Shown here: piece after piece, positions 12,992 to 22,102 of the stretch
How positions within the stretch are numbered: position 1 is the stretch's first letter
Layout of the letters: every line of letters begins with the position of its first letter
Source of the DNA: Candidatus Kerfeldbacteria bacterium
GTDB lineage: Bacteria; Patescibacteriota; Patescibacteriia; SBBC01
NCBI GenBank assembly: GCA_016207275.1
Contig: JACQPY010000018.1
Location: forward strand, 23,960 to 87,959
Direction of reading: 5' to 3'
Length of the DNA: 64,000 nucleotides
The notes under the pieces: generated by a model
Told to the model about the DNA's origin: nothing
What the model saw: only the letters and a program-made list of their open reading frames with translations
Databases searched by the model: none
Position numbers and translations under genes: made by a program

Positions 12992-13504
12992 ATCAGCAGC
13001 CCCGCCCTCCGCGTTAATCGTCTCATCCGCGCGCCGGAAGTCATGCTCATCGATGAGCAAGGAAAGTCCCACGGCGTCGTGACGACGGACGAAGCGCTCC
13101 GCCTGGCCGCTGAACGGGGGTTTGACTTAGTCGAAGTCGCGCCCCACGCTCGGCCGCCGGTCTGCAAGCTGCTCGACTTCGGCGCGTACCAGTACCGCCT
13201 AGAAAAGCAGGAACGGAAATCAAAGGCCCACGCCAAGCGAATCGAGGTCAAGGGTGTCCGGCTGTCGTTCAAGATCGGTGACCACGATCGGCAGGTGCGC
13301 CTGCACACCGCGCGCCGGTTTCTTGACGAAGGACACAAAGTCAAGGTTGAGATGATTCTGCGCGGTCGTGAATTCGCCCATCAGAATCGTGCCCGAGAAA
13401 ACGTCAATGACTTTATTCGGCAACTGGGAGAGAAAGTATACGTCGAGCAACCAATCAGCAAGCAGGGTAACAAATTATTCACCGTCATCGGAGAAAAGAA
13501 ATGA
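12992..13504 (+). CDS. infC: Translation initiation factor IF-3, probable ATC start
   Basis: RVNRLIRAPEVMLIDEQG, DLVEVAP..PPVCKL; homology extends upstream of ATG 13043 to an in-frame ATC at 12992. Confidence 0.93.
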   Translation: MSSPALRVNRLIRAPEVMLIDEQGKSHGVVTTDEALRLAAERGFDLVEVAPHARPPVCKLLDFGAYQYRLEKQERKSKAHAKRIEVKGVRLSFKIGDHDRQVRLHTARRFLDEGHKVKVEMILRGREFAHQNRARENVNDFIRQLGEKVYVEQPISKQGNKLFTVIGEKK

Positions 13505-13581
13505 TTCCGCCTCAGCGGAATCATCCCGAGCCACTCCGGCGAAGGATCTCCAATGAACCATCAGTTTGAAATCATTCTTCC

Positions 13582-13806
13582 ATGAAGCTAAAAACGCACC
13601 AAGCCACGGCCAAACGCTTCCGCGTCACCCGACGCGGCAAGGTTCTCAAACGGGCGGCTGGTCAAGACCACTTCAACTCCCGTGATCCCGGGAGAATCAC
13701 GCTGCGCAAACGCCGCGACCGCACCATCGCCAAGGTTGATACTCGCGCGCTCCAGCATCTCCTACCCTACGCCAAGATCAAACCCGCCGCCAACCGTGAC
13801 TTTTAA
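13582..13806 (+). CDS. rpmI: 50S ribosomal protein L35
   Basis: MKLKTHQATAKRF; position between infC and rplT. Confidence 0.92.
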   Translation: MKLKTHQATAKRFRVTRRGKVLKRAAGQDHFNSRDPGRITLRKRRDRTIAKVDTRALQHLLPYAKIKPAANRDF

Positions 13807-13862
13807 CCATGCGGCCTTTGTAGCCACGCTAACAACGCGGACTTAAGTCCGCGCTCCACACT

Positions 13863-14210
13863 ATGCGCGTCAAACGCGGCATCATCCACAAAAAACACGT
13901 CAAGAACATCCTCAAACATGCTAAAGGCTACCGTTGGCGTCGAAAAACTTCGGTTAAGCTCGCGAAGGTCGCGGTCACCCACGCCGGCTGGAACGCCTAC
14001 AAACACCGCCGAACCAAAAAGCGCGATTTCCGGCGGCTCTGGCAGATCCGGATCAACGCCGGCGCGCGACAGAATGGCATTACCTACTCTCGGCTAATAC
14101 CGTTGCTCAAAGCCAAGAAGATCGAGCTCAACCGAAAGGTTTTAGCCGAACTGGCGGCCAAACACCCTCAGGTCTTTGCCGAGGTCGTCAAGGTCGCGCA
14201 GGCAAAGTGA
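13863..14210 (+). CDS. rplT: 50S ribosomal protein L20
   Basis: MRVKRG, AKGY, KKRDFRRLWQIRINA, LNRKVLAELA. Confidence 0.97.
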   Translation: MRVKRGIIHKKHVKNILKHAKGYRWRRKTSVKLAKVAVTHAGWNAYKHRRTKKRDFRRLWQIRINAGARQNGITYSRLIPLLKAKKIELNRKVLAELAAKHPQVFAEVVKVAQAK

Positions 14211-14314
14211 AGCTCCACGGCCTCACGGCCGTGGTTTCTCTCGATCCGTGGTTCCGTGGAGCGGAACCCCGCACCGTCCCGACCGCACAAGCGCGTCGGG
14301 ACTGGTGCGTGGGT
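14207..14314 (+). mobile_element. ~105-nt structured GTGAAG element, copy 1
   Basis: GTGAAGCTCCACGGCC-TCAC-GGCCGTGG...CCGTGGAGC..AACCCCGCACC...ACTGGTGCGTGGGT; related copies at 23644 and 25505. Confidence 0.7.
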
Positions 14315-14392
14315 AAAACAACTTCATTGCAGGCAGGTTGAAGCCGGTCACATCCATGTGGACCGGCTCCTTAGTGCTGACGAACTTCCCTC

Positions 14393-14980
14393 CTAGGCGA
14401 CGACCGCCACCGCTTGCATTTTCCTGACGCGAGCTTGCATCACCCGTTCCCAGAGCTCCCACGGATAGAGCCGATAGCGTGGATCGATCTCCGCCGCGAA
14501 GATGTCCGGCTTGCGCTCCGGGAAGATGTTGCATTCGGACTTGAAGTGCAGCGTGATGGTGGTGAGGCTCCGAGGGCTGGCGTCCATGATGCGGTGCTGA
14601 GCCCGGACGTTGCTCTTGCCGGTCTCCCACACTTCATCGAACAGCCCGACATTCTTGTCGCGGAGATCCTCGTCCGAAGGAAAGTAGACGATCTTCGGCG
14701 AGGGTGAATCCCGCTCCGACAACCCTGTCTCCTCGCGCCTCAAGCGGGCATAGGCCACCTTGTTGTGGTCGAGCACGCGCTCAACGAGTGAGACGAAGTG
14801 GGTGGCGCCGTGTTTGATCGCCACGATCGTGTCGAACGGACCGAGTTTCTCGATCCGCGGCACAAGCTGGAGCACGACCTCCTGCGCCAGCAAGCCGACT
14901 TCGGACCATGACACGTAAACCTCGTTCGGCTCAATCAGACTGCGCGGATCAATGCCGTCTACCACCTGCAATTCATTCAT
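14393..14980 (-). CDS. Type I phosphoribosyltransferase (purine salvage, Gpt/Hpt-like)
   Basis: YVSW.EV, IVAIKHG, PRPP loop LFDEVWETGKS, LHFK, YPWE; GGAGG SD. Confidence 0.8.
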   Translation of the reverse strand: MNELQVVDGIDPRSLIEPNEVYVSWSEVGLLAQEVVLQLVPRIEKLGPFDTIVAIKHGATHFVSLVERVLDHNKVAYARLRREETGLSERDSPSPKIVYFPSDEDLRDKNVGLFDEVWETGKSNVRAQHRIMDASPRSLTTITLHFKSECNIFPERKPDIFAAEIDPRYRLYPWELWERVMQARVRKMQAVAVVA

Positions 14981-15209
14981 ACCGCCTCCCTGGGGTTCAG
15001 TGGTCGAAAATGCAGACGAGCGATGCTGCGTAGTGCAGCGTTTCGGTTTTGGTTTCCCTCCTGTGGTGGACCAATAAAACACGCGAGGGCGCGGTTGCGC
15101 CCCCAAGGCTTCACTGTCTTCGTTTCTGGTTCCGCTTGATCGGCGGGATCTCCATAGGTATTTAGTAGCATGGCCGCGCTGATCTGACAACCAGGGAGTT
15201 TTCCCCAGG

Positions 15210-15596
15210 CTAGAGCTTACTGCTCGGCGCAGTCATCCGCCGTCGAATGGCCAGGCCGCTCAGCACACCGACCAGGTCAATCGCCGCGTCAACCGGCGCC
15301 CCGTGCCGGCCAGGGACGAAGGTTTGGTGCCATTCATCAATCCCGGCGTAGCCAGCGCTCAGGACCGCGGCCAAGACCACTGCCCGCGCCCGCGGCAGGC
15401 CGCTAACCTCGAACGCCCGAAACATCAGCCCGCCGAGAATGGCATACTCAGCCAGGTGAGCAATCTTCCGTAGGATTATATCCCACAGCGGCAGCAACCC
15501 TGAACGGAGGTCAGGAATCGACGACCAGATAAAAATCACCGTCATCCACCCGCTGACGTAGACCCAGGCCCACAGGCGCTGTTGAGACAAAGTCAT
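15210..15596 (-). CDS. VanZ family membrane protein
   Basis: RKIAHLAEYAILG, DEWHQTFVPGR..D. Confidence 0.88.
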   Translation of the reverse strand: MTLSQQRLWAWVYVSGWMTVIFIWSSIPDLRSGLLPLWDIILRKIAHLAEYAILGGLMFRAFEVSGLPRARAVVLAAVLSAGYAGIDEWHQTFVPGRHGAPVDAAIDLVGVLSGLAIRRRMTAPSSKL

Positions 15597-15680
15597 ACTT
15601 CATCGGTACCATAGCGGTCAACCCTCGACAAGCCCAGCCATGTTTGCTAAAATCGTCCTGCTCAAGAACGTGCGCGGAGC

Positions 15681-15958
15681 GGACCGTTAGTGTAGTGGTT
15701 AACCCCGCACCAATTCTCGCTTCGCTCGAATGGTACGGGGCAAGCACGCCTCCCTTGCAAAGCGCCCAGAGCGGACCCATAGTGTAGCCCGGTTAACACG
15801 TCTCCCTGTCACGGAGAAGATCAGGGGTTCAAATCCCCTTGGGTCCGCTCTGAGCGCAGCCTCCCTGCCTGCCCCGCACTTGTGACCCTGAGCCAGTCGA
15901 AGGGGAACATAGTGCGGGGTCACGGAGGAGATCACGGGTTCGACTCCCGTACGGTCCG
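15681..15958 (+). pseudogene. Interrupted tRNA-Asp(GTC), the outer copy: hairpin in the D-loop, and an intact tRNA-Asp plus a hairpin in the anticodon loop
   Basis: Removing the inserts yields GGACCGTTAGTGTAGTGGTTAACACGCCTCCCTGTCACGGAGGAGATCACGGGTTCGACTCCCGTACGGTCCG, a complete cloverleaf. Confidence 0.8.
15773..15847 (+). tRNA. tRNA-Asp(GTC), intact inner copy, CCA not encoded
   Basis: Acceptor GGACCCA/TGGGTCC, anticodon arm TCTCC-CTGTCAC-GGAGA, T-arm AGGGG-TTCAAAT-CCCCT, G73. Confidence 0.95.
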
Positions 15959-15970
15959 CTCCGCGCATGC

Positions 15971-16187
15971 GTCTCCCTGCTGCGCCCCGTCTACGCAAAC
16001 GTAGTGAGCGTTGTACGGGGCCTGCCCCGCACTTGACTCGAAGAGGCATAGTGCGGGGTCACGGAGCCCAGTACCACGTAGGGTGCTGGGCAAGAAGACC
16101 TGTCCCGTAAATGAGCGAAGCGAATTATACGGGATCAGGGGTTTCCCGCCACAATAATTTCAAAATTCTAAGGAAGGCGGGATCCCC
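15971..16187 (+). pseudogene. Third tRNA-Asp 3' half fragmented by several hairpin insertions
   Basis: The pieces GTCTCCCTG | TCACGGAG | AAGA | TCAGGGGTT | ATCCCC occur in tRNA order, separated by palindromes. Confidence 0.65.
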
Positions 16188-16326
16188 GCCTGCCGAAGTC
16201 TCGCACGGCGGGCAGGCCGCCGAACTTGTCCCGTCGAATAACGGGATGGCGGGACAAATCCGGTCGGATCCGCCAAGAAAACTTAGTATCGAGCAATCCG
16301 ACAACACCGACGGTTGAATAAAGTTT

Positions 16327-17280
16327 ATGAGGACAAAGAAGACGGCAGTCGTCACGGGTGGAGCAGGATTCATCGGCCACCATCTTTGCGCAAGACTTCT
16401 GGACAATGGGTACCGAGTTGTTTGTCTGGATAACTTCTCTAGCGGCAGGCCAGAGAATGTTCGACCGTTTCGTGGTCACTCACGATTTACTTTTTATCGT
16501 CGTGACATTACCCGGCCACTTCGTTTACGTGAAGATGTCGATGAAATATACAACCTGGCATCACCGGCATCCCCTGTCGATTACCAGCATCGGCCAATGG
16601 ACACGGTGCAGGCTAATACCCTTGGTGTCTATCGGGTGGTCGCGTTAGCTCTACAAAAACGTGCCAAGCTGTTGCAGGCTTCGACCTCGGAGATCTACGG
16701 GGATCCCCTGGAACACCCGCAACCCGAGACGTACCACGGTAATGTTAATCACCTTGGTGTGCGCGGGTGTTATGAAGAAGGAAAACGCATTGCGGAAACG
16801 ATTTTTTCAATCCACCATCAGACCTACGGCCTTCGGTTACAAATCGCCAGGATATTCAATACCTACGGTCCCGGGATGCGCGAAAACGACGGGCGCGTCA
16901 TTCCGGAATTCATTTACGCCGCTCTTCGGAACCAGCCGCTGACGGTCTACGTCGGATCGCAGACGCGCTCTTTCTGTTATGTTGATGACCTGATTAAGGG
17001 CCTTATCAGATTACAGAGAGTTCCAAAATACATTGATCCGGTAAACATCGGCAATCCTAAAGAAATATCCATGCTACAACTTGCTCGTCGGGTTATTCAA
17101 ATGACCAATTCGAAAAGCCGGATCAGAATTTTGCCTAGTCAAACAGACGACCCGCGCCAACGCAAACCGGATGTTCGTAAGGCATCTCATTTCCTGAAAT
17201 GGTCCCCGGACACCAATTTTGACCTTGGCCTTCGCCGAACCATAGACGATTTTCGAAATAGATTCACTGCGGAATCTTGA
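16327..17280 (+). CDS. UDP-glucuronate decarboxylase-like NAD-dependent epimerase/dehydratase
   Basis: VTGGAGFIG, LASPASP, ASTSEIYGDP, YEEGK, RIFNTYGP, QTRSFCYVDD. Confidence 0.92.
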   Translation: MRTKKTAVVTGGAGFIGHHLCARLLDNGYRVVCLDNFSSGRPENVRPFRGHSRFTFYRRDITRPLRLREDVDEIYNLASPASPVDYQHRPMDTVQANTLGVYRVVALALQKRAKLLQASTSEIYGDPLEHPQPETYHGNVNHLGVRGCYEEGKRIAETIFSIHHQTYGLRLQIARIFNTYGPGMRENDGRVIPEFIYAALRNQPLTVYVGSQTRSFCYVDDLIKGLIRLQRVPKYIDPVNIGNPKEISMLQLARRVIQMTNSKSRIRILPSQTDDPRQRKPDVRKASHFLKWSPDTNFDLGLRRTIDDFRNRFTAES

Positions 17281-17420
17281 AAAAGTATCGCGTCGTCGTA
17301 TGCAACGCTGGCCGCACTCAAATACATACCCGCCCACAAACAGAGCGAGTGGCATGAGACTCTCCGCTCCGCAAAAATCATTTTATTCCAATGAATATCG
17401 TTCGATAATCAAAAACTGCT

Positions 17421-18437
17421 GTGAACGAACGATATAGGTTTTCGGGCGAAGCAGGATCGTTTGCAAAATTAGCATTGACGGAAAAAGAGGTGGACGTCAT
17501 TAAAAAACTCGGCCTCACGCCGGAAGATCTTCACAAGCTTCTTATTACGCAACCTTTCGCAGAAGGTAGTTATGCCTTGCTTTTCGAATTACCAAGAAGC
17601 AATTCGGATCTCGTCACAAAAGCATGGAAGAATCCTCAACATGGCTCTGGAAGAGAGGCAAATGAGAATGTAGCTCTGCGCTTACTCAGAATTCACGGTT
17701 ATAAGAGCGCGCCAAAACTTGAGGGCTATTTAAAAACATCGAGTATCCTTTTCGAAGAAAAGATTGAAGGTGAGACAGTGGAACACTTTGATAAGGATAT
17801 CATAGATCGGCTGGCAGTAGCGCTCGCGAATCTTCATTCCATCGAGCTAAACGCATACGGCAAACCCCTGACCGAAAGGAAAAAAGGTTCCCGCATGGAT
17901 TACTTGCTCGACGGCATCGAAACCCTTCGCCAGATCGCACTCCCCTTCAGGGGTCAGACCGAAACGATGGGGTTAATTAACCGTTTACTCGTCAGGATGA
18001 AGGACGCGGCGGATAGGACCGGCGAGGCTTTCTCAGACGACCGTTTCACCCTCATTCACTTCGATCTCAATCCAAGCAATATCATCTATTCAAGAAAGGA
18101 CGGGGCCCTGGCCATTGTCGACTGGGAACAAGCTTCTGCCGGCGACAACGCAATGGATATAGCCAAGTTATTTTTGAAGTCAGGCTTCGATGCGGATCAA
18201 AAACAGGAATTCCTCACGCAATATGAAAGTCATTTACCAAAAAAAGGTCCGCATTTTCAGGAGCGACTTCGAGTATACGAGCTTTTCGTCCTCATTAATT
18301 CAATTATATGGAGACTGGGCGTCTTAAGGGACAAACCGGAGCGGGTATCACCCGGGAACGAAGAACAATTCTACGATCGTGTCAAAACCAACCTGGACAA
18401 GGAAATTGACACGCTGAAAAACTTTTTATCAGAATAA
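17421..18437 (+). CDS. APH/choline kinase-like phosphotransferase
   Basis: LIHFDLNPSNII, IVDWEQASAGD..DIAK. Confidence 0.8.
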   Translation: MNERYRFSGEAGSFAKLALTEKEVDVIKKLGLTPEDLHKLLITQPFAEGSYALLFELPRSNSDLVTKAWKNPQHGSGREANENVALRLLRIHGYKSAPKLEGYLKTSSILFEEKIEGETVEHFDKDIIDRLAVALANLHSIELNAYGKPLTERKKGSRMDYLLDGIETLRQIALPFRGQTETMGLINRLLVRMKDAADRTGEAFSDDRFTLIHFDLNPSNIIYSRKDGALAIVDWEQASAGDNAMDIAKLFLKSGFDADQKQEFLTQYESHLPKKGPHFQERLRVYELFVLINSIIWRLGVLRDKPERVSPGNEEQFYDRVKTNLDKEIDTLKNFLSE

Positions 18438-18443
18438 TTATCT

Positions 18444-19322
18444 ATGTTTTTGACCAGATTTGATCTACATTTTCACTCGGTCCATTCGGATGGGAAATTG
18501 TCCGTTCCAGAACTTGCCACTACGATCAGGAGAAAAAAATGGCAATACTGCGCCTTGGTCGACCATAACTCCATAGACGGTATCCGAGAAATGGAAACAT
18601 GCCTAGACGGTTCCGGGACAAAAGTGATCCCCGGCACGGAACTCACCGCTAAGTACGGAGAAAATGAGGTACATATTCTGGCGTATGATTTTGACATCGA
18701 TGTAGCCGGCGTCATATTAAGGGAACGTAATGAGATCGTACGACGACAAAAAATTAAGGAAATGGAAATAGCAATTTGTCTTTCCCGTCGAGAAGGGCTT
18801 GAGATTACCGATGGCTTAGCACCGTCTGAAAAACAGCCCGTTAGTCTAACAGTTGCGCTTGATATTTGTGCAAATCGCGCAAATCAAAACATATTTCTAG
18901 AGAGGCATGGAAAACGGCTGACTCCGGAAAGTGTTTATTACGAGTATCAAGCGCCGAATAAATCTTGCGCCGTGGAAAGAAGCGGGGTTACCGTCGAGTG
19001 GCTAGCGAAAAAATTCAGAGGGGTTGCCCAGGATCTGATCATTGCGCATCCTTTTGTGTCAGTAAGTGTTGTGACCAAGCCGCTTGATGAGATGCGTATC
19101 AATGATTTACTAAAGATTGGGGCGACCGGGGTCGAAGTGTATCATAATCAAACTTCAAATGAACAAATTGAACTGCTAAAAAAAATAGTGAGTGACCGGG
19201 CCATCCATTATACGGGCGGGTCTGATTTTCATGGCAAAAAGAATGATACATCGCCTGGACAATTCGGTCCTAAAAAGACTATTCCTGACTTTCATCTTTC
19301 TCGTTACCAACTATCATCGTAA
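18444..19322 (+). CDS. PHP domain phosphoesterase
   Basis: DLHFHSVHSDG, DHN, GTELT, IAHP, GGSDFHG. Confidence 0.88.
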   Translation: MFLTRFDLHFHSVHSDGKLSVPELATTIRRKKWQYCALVDHNSIDGIREMETCLDGSGTKVIPGTELTAKYGENEVHILAYDFDIDVAGVILRERNEIVRRQKIKEMEIAICLSRREGLEITDGLAPSEKQPVSLTVALDICANRANQNIFLERHGKRLTPESVYYEYQAPNKSCAVERSGVTVEWLAKKFRGVAQDLIIAHPFVSVSVVTKPLDEMRINDLLKIGATGVEVYHNQTSNEQIELLKKIVSDRAIHYTGGSDFHGKKNDTSPGQFGPKKTIPDFHLSRYQLSS

Positions 19323-19333
19323 TTGGTCAATAG

Positions 19334-19510
19334 ATGCCACATCCTCCATTTATCCAAAAGGTTGCGGAAGCGCTTAAAGCAAGATTTGAAAACTTTACGC
19401 CCATTCGATCGGCCTATCTTTACGGCAGCGTATTGACAGATCATTTTTCTGAAACCAGCGATATCGATGTGCTTTTCATCGTCGACGATATGCCAGAAAG
19501 GAATTCATTT
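19334..19510 (+). pseudogene. Nucleotidyltransferase N-terminal fragment truncated by a MITE
   Basis: AYLYGSV...SDIDVL; ends at the MITE left inverted repeat. Confidence 0.7.
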
Positions 19511-19711
19511 CTAGAACCTATCCTAAAAATCGCTTTCGAGCCGAGGGACGAAATTTCGAAGGCGAGGGGCGAGCCACCGCAAAGCGGGGTCCCGCTGCTG
19601 CGGTGATTCGGAGGACGAGGAATATTGGTGATATTTCGAGTCCGAGACGAAGCCCCGCAGCCCGAAATTGCGGGCCGCAGCGCCGGAATGGATTTTTAGG
19701 ATAGGTTCTAG
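19511..19711. mobile_element. MITE with perfect 21-bp terminal inverted repeats
   Basis: CTAGAACCTATCCTAAAAATC ... GATTTTTAGGATAGGTTCTAG; no transposase ORF. Confidence 0.85.
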
Positions 19712-20460
19712 TGGTTTTTGAACGAAGATGCATGAATTACAGTCGCATTGTTTTTGTAAAATCTCATACAATGGCGAGCGAAGTTGCTCGTCTTTATGGT
19801 GTCAATCCAGAGAAAATCGCGATTGTTGCCGGCGGCATCGATGAAAAGGATTTTCAGATGAAGACCGAATCGTCTAGTATTGAGTTCAGACAAAAACTTG
19901 GGATACCTTTGGGTGTTTATGCAGTTTTGTATGCCGGACGCATTGTGCCGCAGAAAGGGTTAATATATTTAGTTAAGGCCGCGCTACGTCTGGTTAAAGA
20001 GTTTAATTTTGTGGTGGTGGTGGCAGGTGCCTCAATGAACAAGTCATACGCAGCATCAATCAATCGCCTTCTGAGAAATAAAATTCATCAGAGGTTTTTT
20101 CACTTCCTAGGGCACATAGATCAGATGGAGATATCACGCGTCTTCGCTTCAGTAGATTGTATCGTGACACCATCAATCTATGAACCATTCGGCATGGTTA
20201 ATTTACAAGCGGCCTCCATGGGTAAAACTGTGATAACGACAGACGTGACCGGTTCTGTTGATATGTTAGCACAGTGCCCAAATGTGAAAGTCGTTCCAGC
20301 CGGTTCCATTGAGTCCCTTGGGGCTGCCTTAAGGGAAGTATTGTCTTTGAGGAGAAAAAAGGGGCAGATACCTTTTAATTTCAGAGCGTATTCATGGCAC
20401 AGCGTAGCAGAACAGCTTGCGCGATATTTTTCATTATACAGTTTGAAAAGATTAGCGTGA
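19711..20460 (+). pseudogene. GT4 glycosyltransferase lacking its N-terminus
   Basis: YAGRIVPQKG, PSIYEPFGMVNLQA; begins at the MITE right inverted repeat and is only 249 aa. Confidence 0.7.
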
Positions 20461-20692
20461 AAACCGTTATTGATAAAAGTGTTCTTGCATTGCAGGTAGT
20501 GAAAATCCAACTATAATGAGATTGTGTCCCTCAAAATTTACCAGTAATAAAACAATTCTCCTAAATATTCGACTCCCAGCCCACATGCCTCAAATTGCGA
20601 TCTATAAAAAGCACCGAAAAACCCTTATACTGTTTGCATGAAAGTGAAACAAGTCCAAGCTGCTTACTGAAATAATCCCTAACTAACCAAGT

Positions 20693-21721
20693 ATGACCAA
20701 ACCCACCAAGCGCGACCTGCTCAAACAACCGATCGAACACATCGACATCACCAAGCTCAATGCCACGCCGATTGTCGAGGCGTACAAGAAAATGTCCTTT
20801 TCTTCACGCGACCTCGGTCGAGCGAGCGACATTTACAATATGATGCTAGCCGACAAAGACTCGTCGGTTTGGCTGACGATTGCTGGTAGCACATCAGCAG
20901 CCGGCTGCATGCAGGCCTACGTCGATTTAGTAAAACACAACATGATCGACGTCATCGTGGCCACGGGGGCGACCATTGTCGATATGGACTTTTTCGAGGC
21001 CCTCGGCTTTAAACACTATAAAGGCACGCCGTACATTGACGACGCCATGCTCCGCTCGCTGTACATCGACCGCATCTACGACACCTTCATCGACGAGGAA
21101 GAACTGCAAGCCTGCGACAAAACCATCACCGCCATTGCTGACTCACTCGAACCGCGGCCTTACTCGTCGCGCGAGTTCATCTGGGAAATGGGCAAGTGGC
21201 TGACTAAAAATTCCAAGAAAAAGGATTCGCTGGTCCAAGCCGCCTACGAGCACAACGTGCCGATCTTCTGTCCGGCGTTTTCCGATTCCTCGGCTGGTTT
21301 CGGTCTGGTCATGCATCAAGACAAGCATCCGGACAAACACGTCTCGATTGACTCGGTCAAAGACTTTCGCGAGCTGACTGACATCAAGCTGAAGAGCAAA
21401 GACTCCGGCCTGTTAATGATCGGCGGCGGCGTGCCAAAAAACTTTGCCCAGGATACTGTCGTCTGCGCCGAAGTGCTCGGCCACGACGTGCCAGTGCACA
21501 AGTACGCCATCCAAATCACGGTGGCTGATGTCCGCGACGGCGCCTGCTCATCGTCGACGCTCAAGGAAGCCAGCTCCTGGGGCAAGGTTTCGACGGTCTA
21601 CGAGCAAATGGTCTTTGCTGAAGCGTCTATGGCCTTGCCCTTGCTCGCTGCGTATGCCTACGAAAAGGGATCGTGGAAAAACCGCAAGCCTCGCGAGTTC
21701 GCGAAACTGTTCAGGAAGTGA
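20693..21721 (+). CDS. Deoxyhypusine synthase-like protein (polyamine/homospermidine pathway)
   Basis: IDRIYD, PIFCPAFSDSSAG, GGGVPKNF, DGACSSSTLKEASSWGKV. Confidence 0.93.
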   Translation: MTKPTKRDLLKQPIEHIDITKLNATPIVEAYKKMSFSSRDLGRASDIYNMMLADKDSSVWLTIAGSTSAAGCMQAYVDLVKHNMIDVIVATGATIVDMDFFEALGFKHYKGTPYIDDAMLRSLYIDRIYDTFIDEEELQACDKTITAIADSLEPRPYSSREFIWEMGKWLTKNSKKKDSLVQAAYEHNVPIFCPAFSDSSAGFGLVMHQDKHPDKHVSIDSVKDFRELTDIKLKSKDSGLLMIGGGVPKNFAQDTVVCAEVLGHDVPVHKYAIQITVADVRDGACSSSTLKEASSWGKVSTVYEQMVFAEASMALPLLAAYAYEKGSWKNRKPREFAKLFRK

Positions 21722-22062
21722 TGGCGCACGCGTACCGCCAGGTCATCATCAGTGCGACGAGCAAGAAGGAAGCTGAATCGCTATCGGCGTTGTTGCTGAA
21801 AAAACGACTCATCGCTGGATCACTCATCATTCACGGACCATCACAGTATTGGTGGCAGCGGAAAATAGTTAAGAAAACTTACTACAATATCCAAGCGTTC
21901 ACTGTCTCCTCAAAGAAAAAGACGATTATCGCACAAGTCAAGCGCTACCACTCCGACAGGGCACCAATCATCGCGTTTGTTCAAATCGACGGAAATACGG
22001 AATTCAAGAAATGGATCGACGAATCCGTGCATAGTCAAACGTCAAATGTCATCCTTCGATAA
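21721..22062 (+). CDS. CutA divalent-cation tolerance family protein
   Basis: EAESLSALLLKKRLIAG..SQYWWQ.KI..H..P.I; C-terminus runs into repeat DNA. Confidence 0.75.
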   Translation: MAHAYRQVIISATSKKEAESLSALLLKKRLIAGSLIIHGPSQYWWQRKIVKKTYYNIQAFTVSSKKKTIIAQVKRYHSDRAPIIAFVQIDGNTEFKKWIDESVHSQTSNVILR

Positions 22063-22102
22063 TACTCAGGATGACTCCGTACTTCACAGGGAAACAAGAA
22101 AT

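Noticed and set aside
14327-14344. Possible duplicate of the rplT 3' end after the GTGAAG element
   Set aside because: The match is short and gapped, not enough to support.
15756-15919. Group I intron in the tRNA anticodon loop
   Set aside because: Too short, no recognisable catalytic core, and the content is explained by a tRNA plus a hairpin.
15511-16479. ORF-track proteins overlapping the tRNA locus
   Set aside because: They are antisense translations of tRNA and palindromic DNA.
20638-20690. Possible displaced DHS 5' end (NKSKLLTEII)
   Set aside because: Similarity is too weak, and there is no hairpin or in-frame start.
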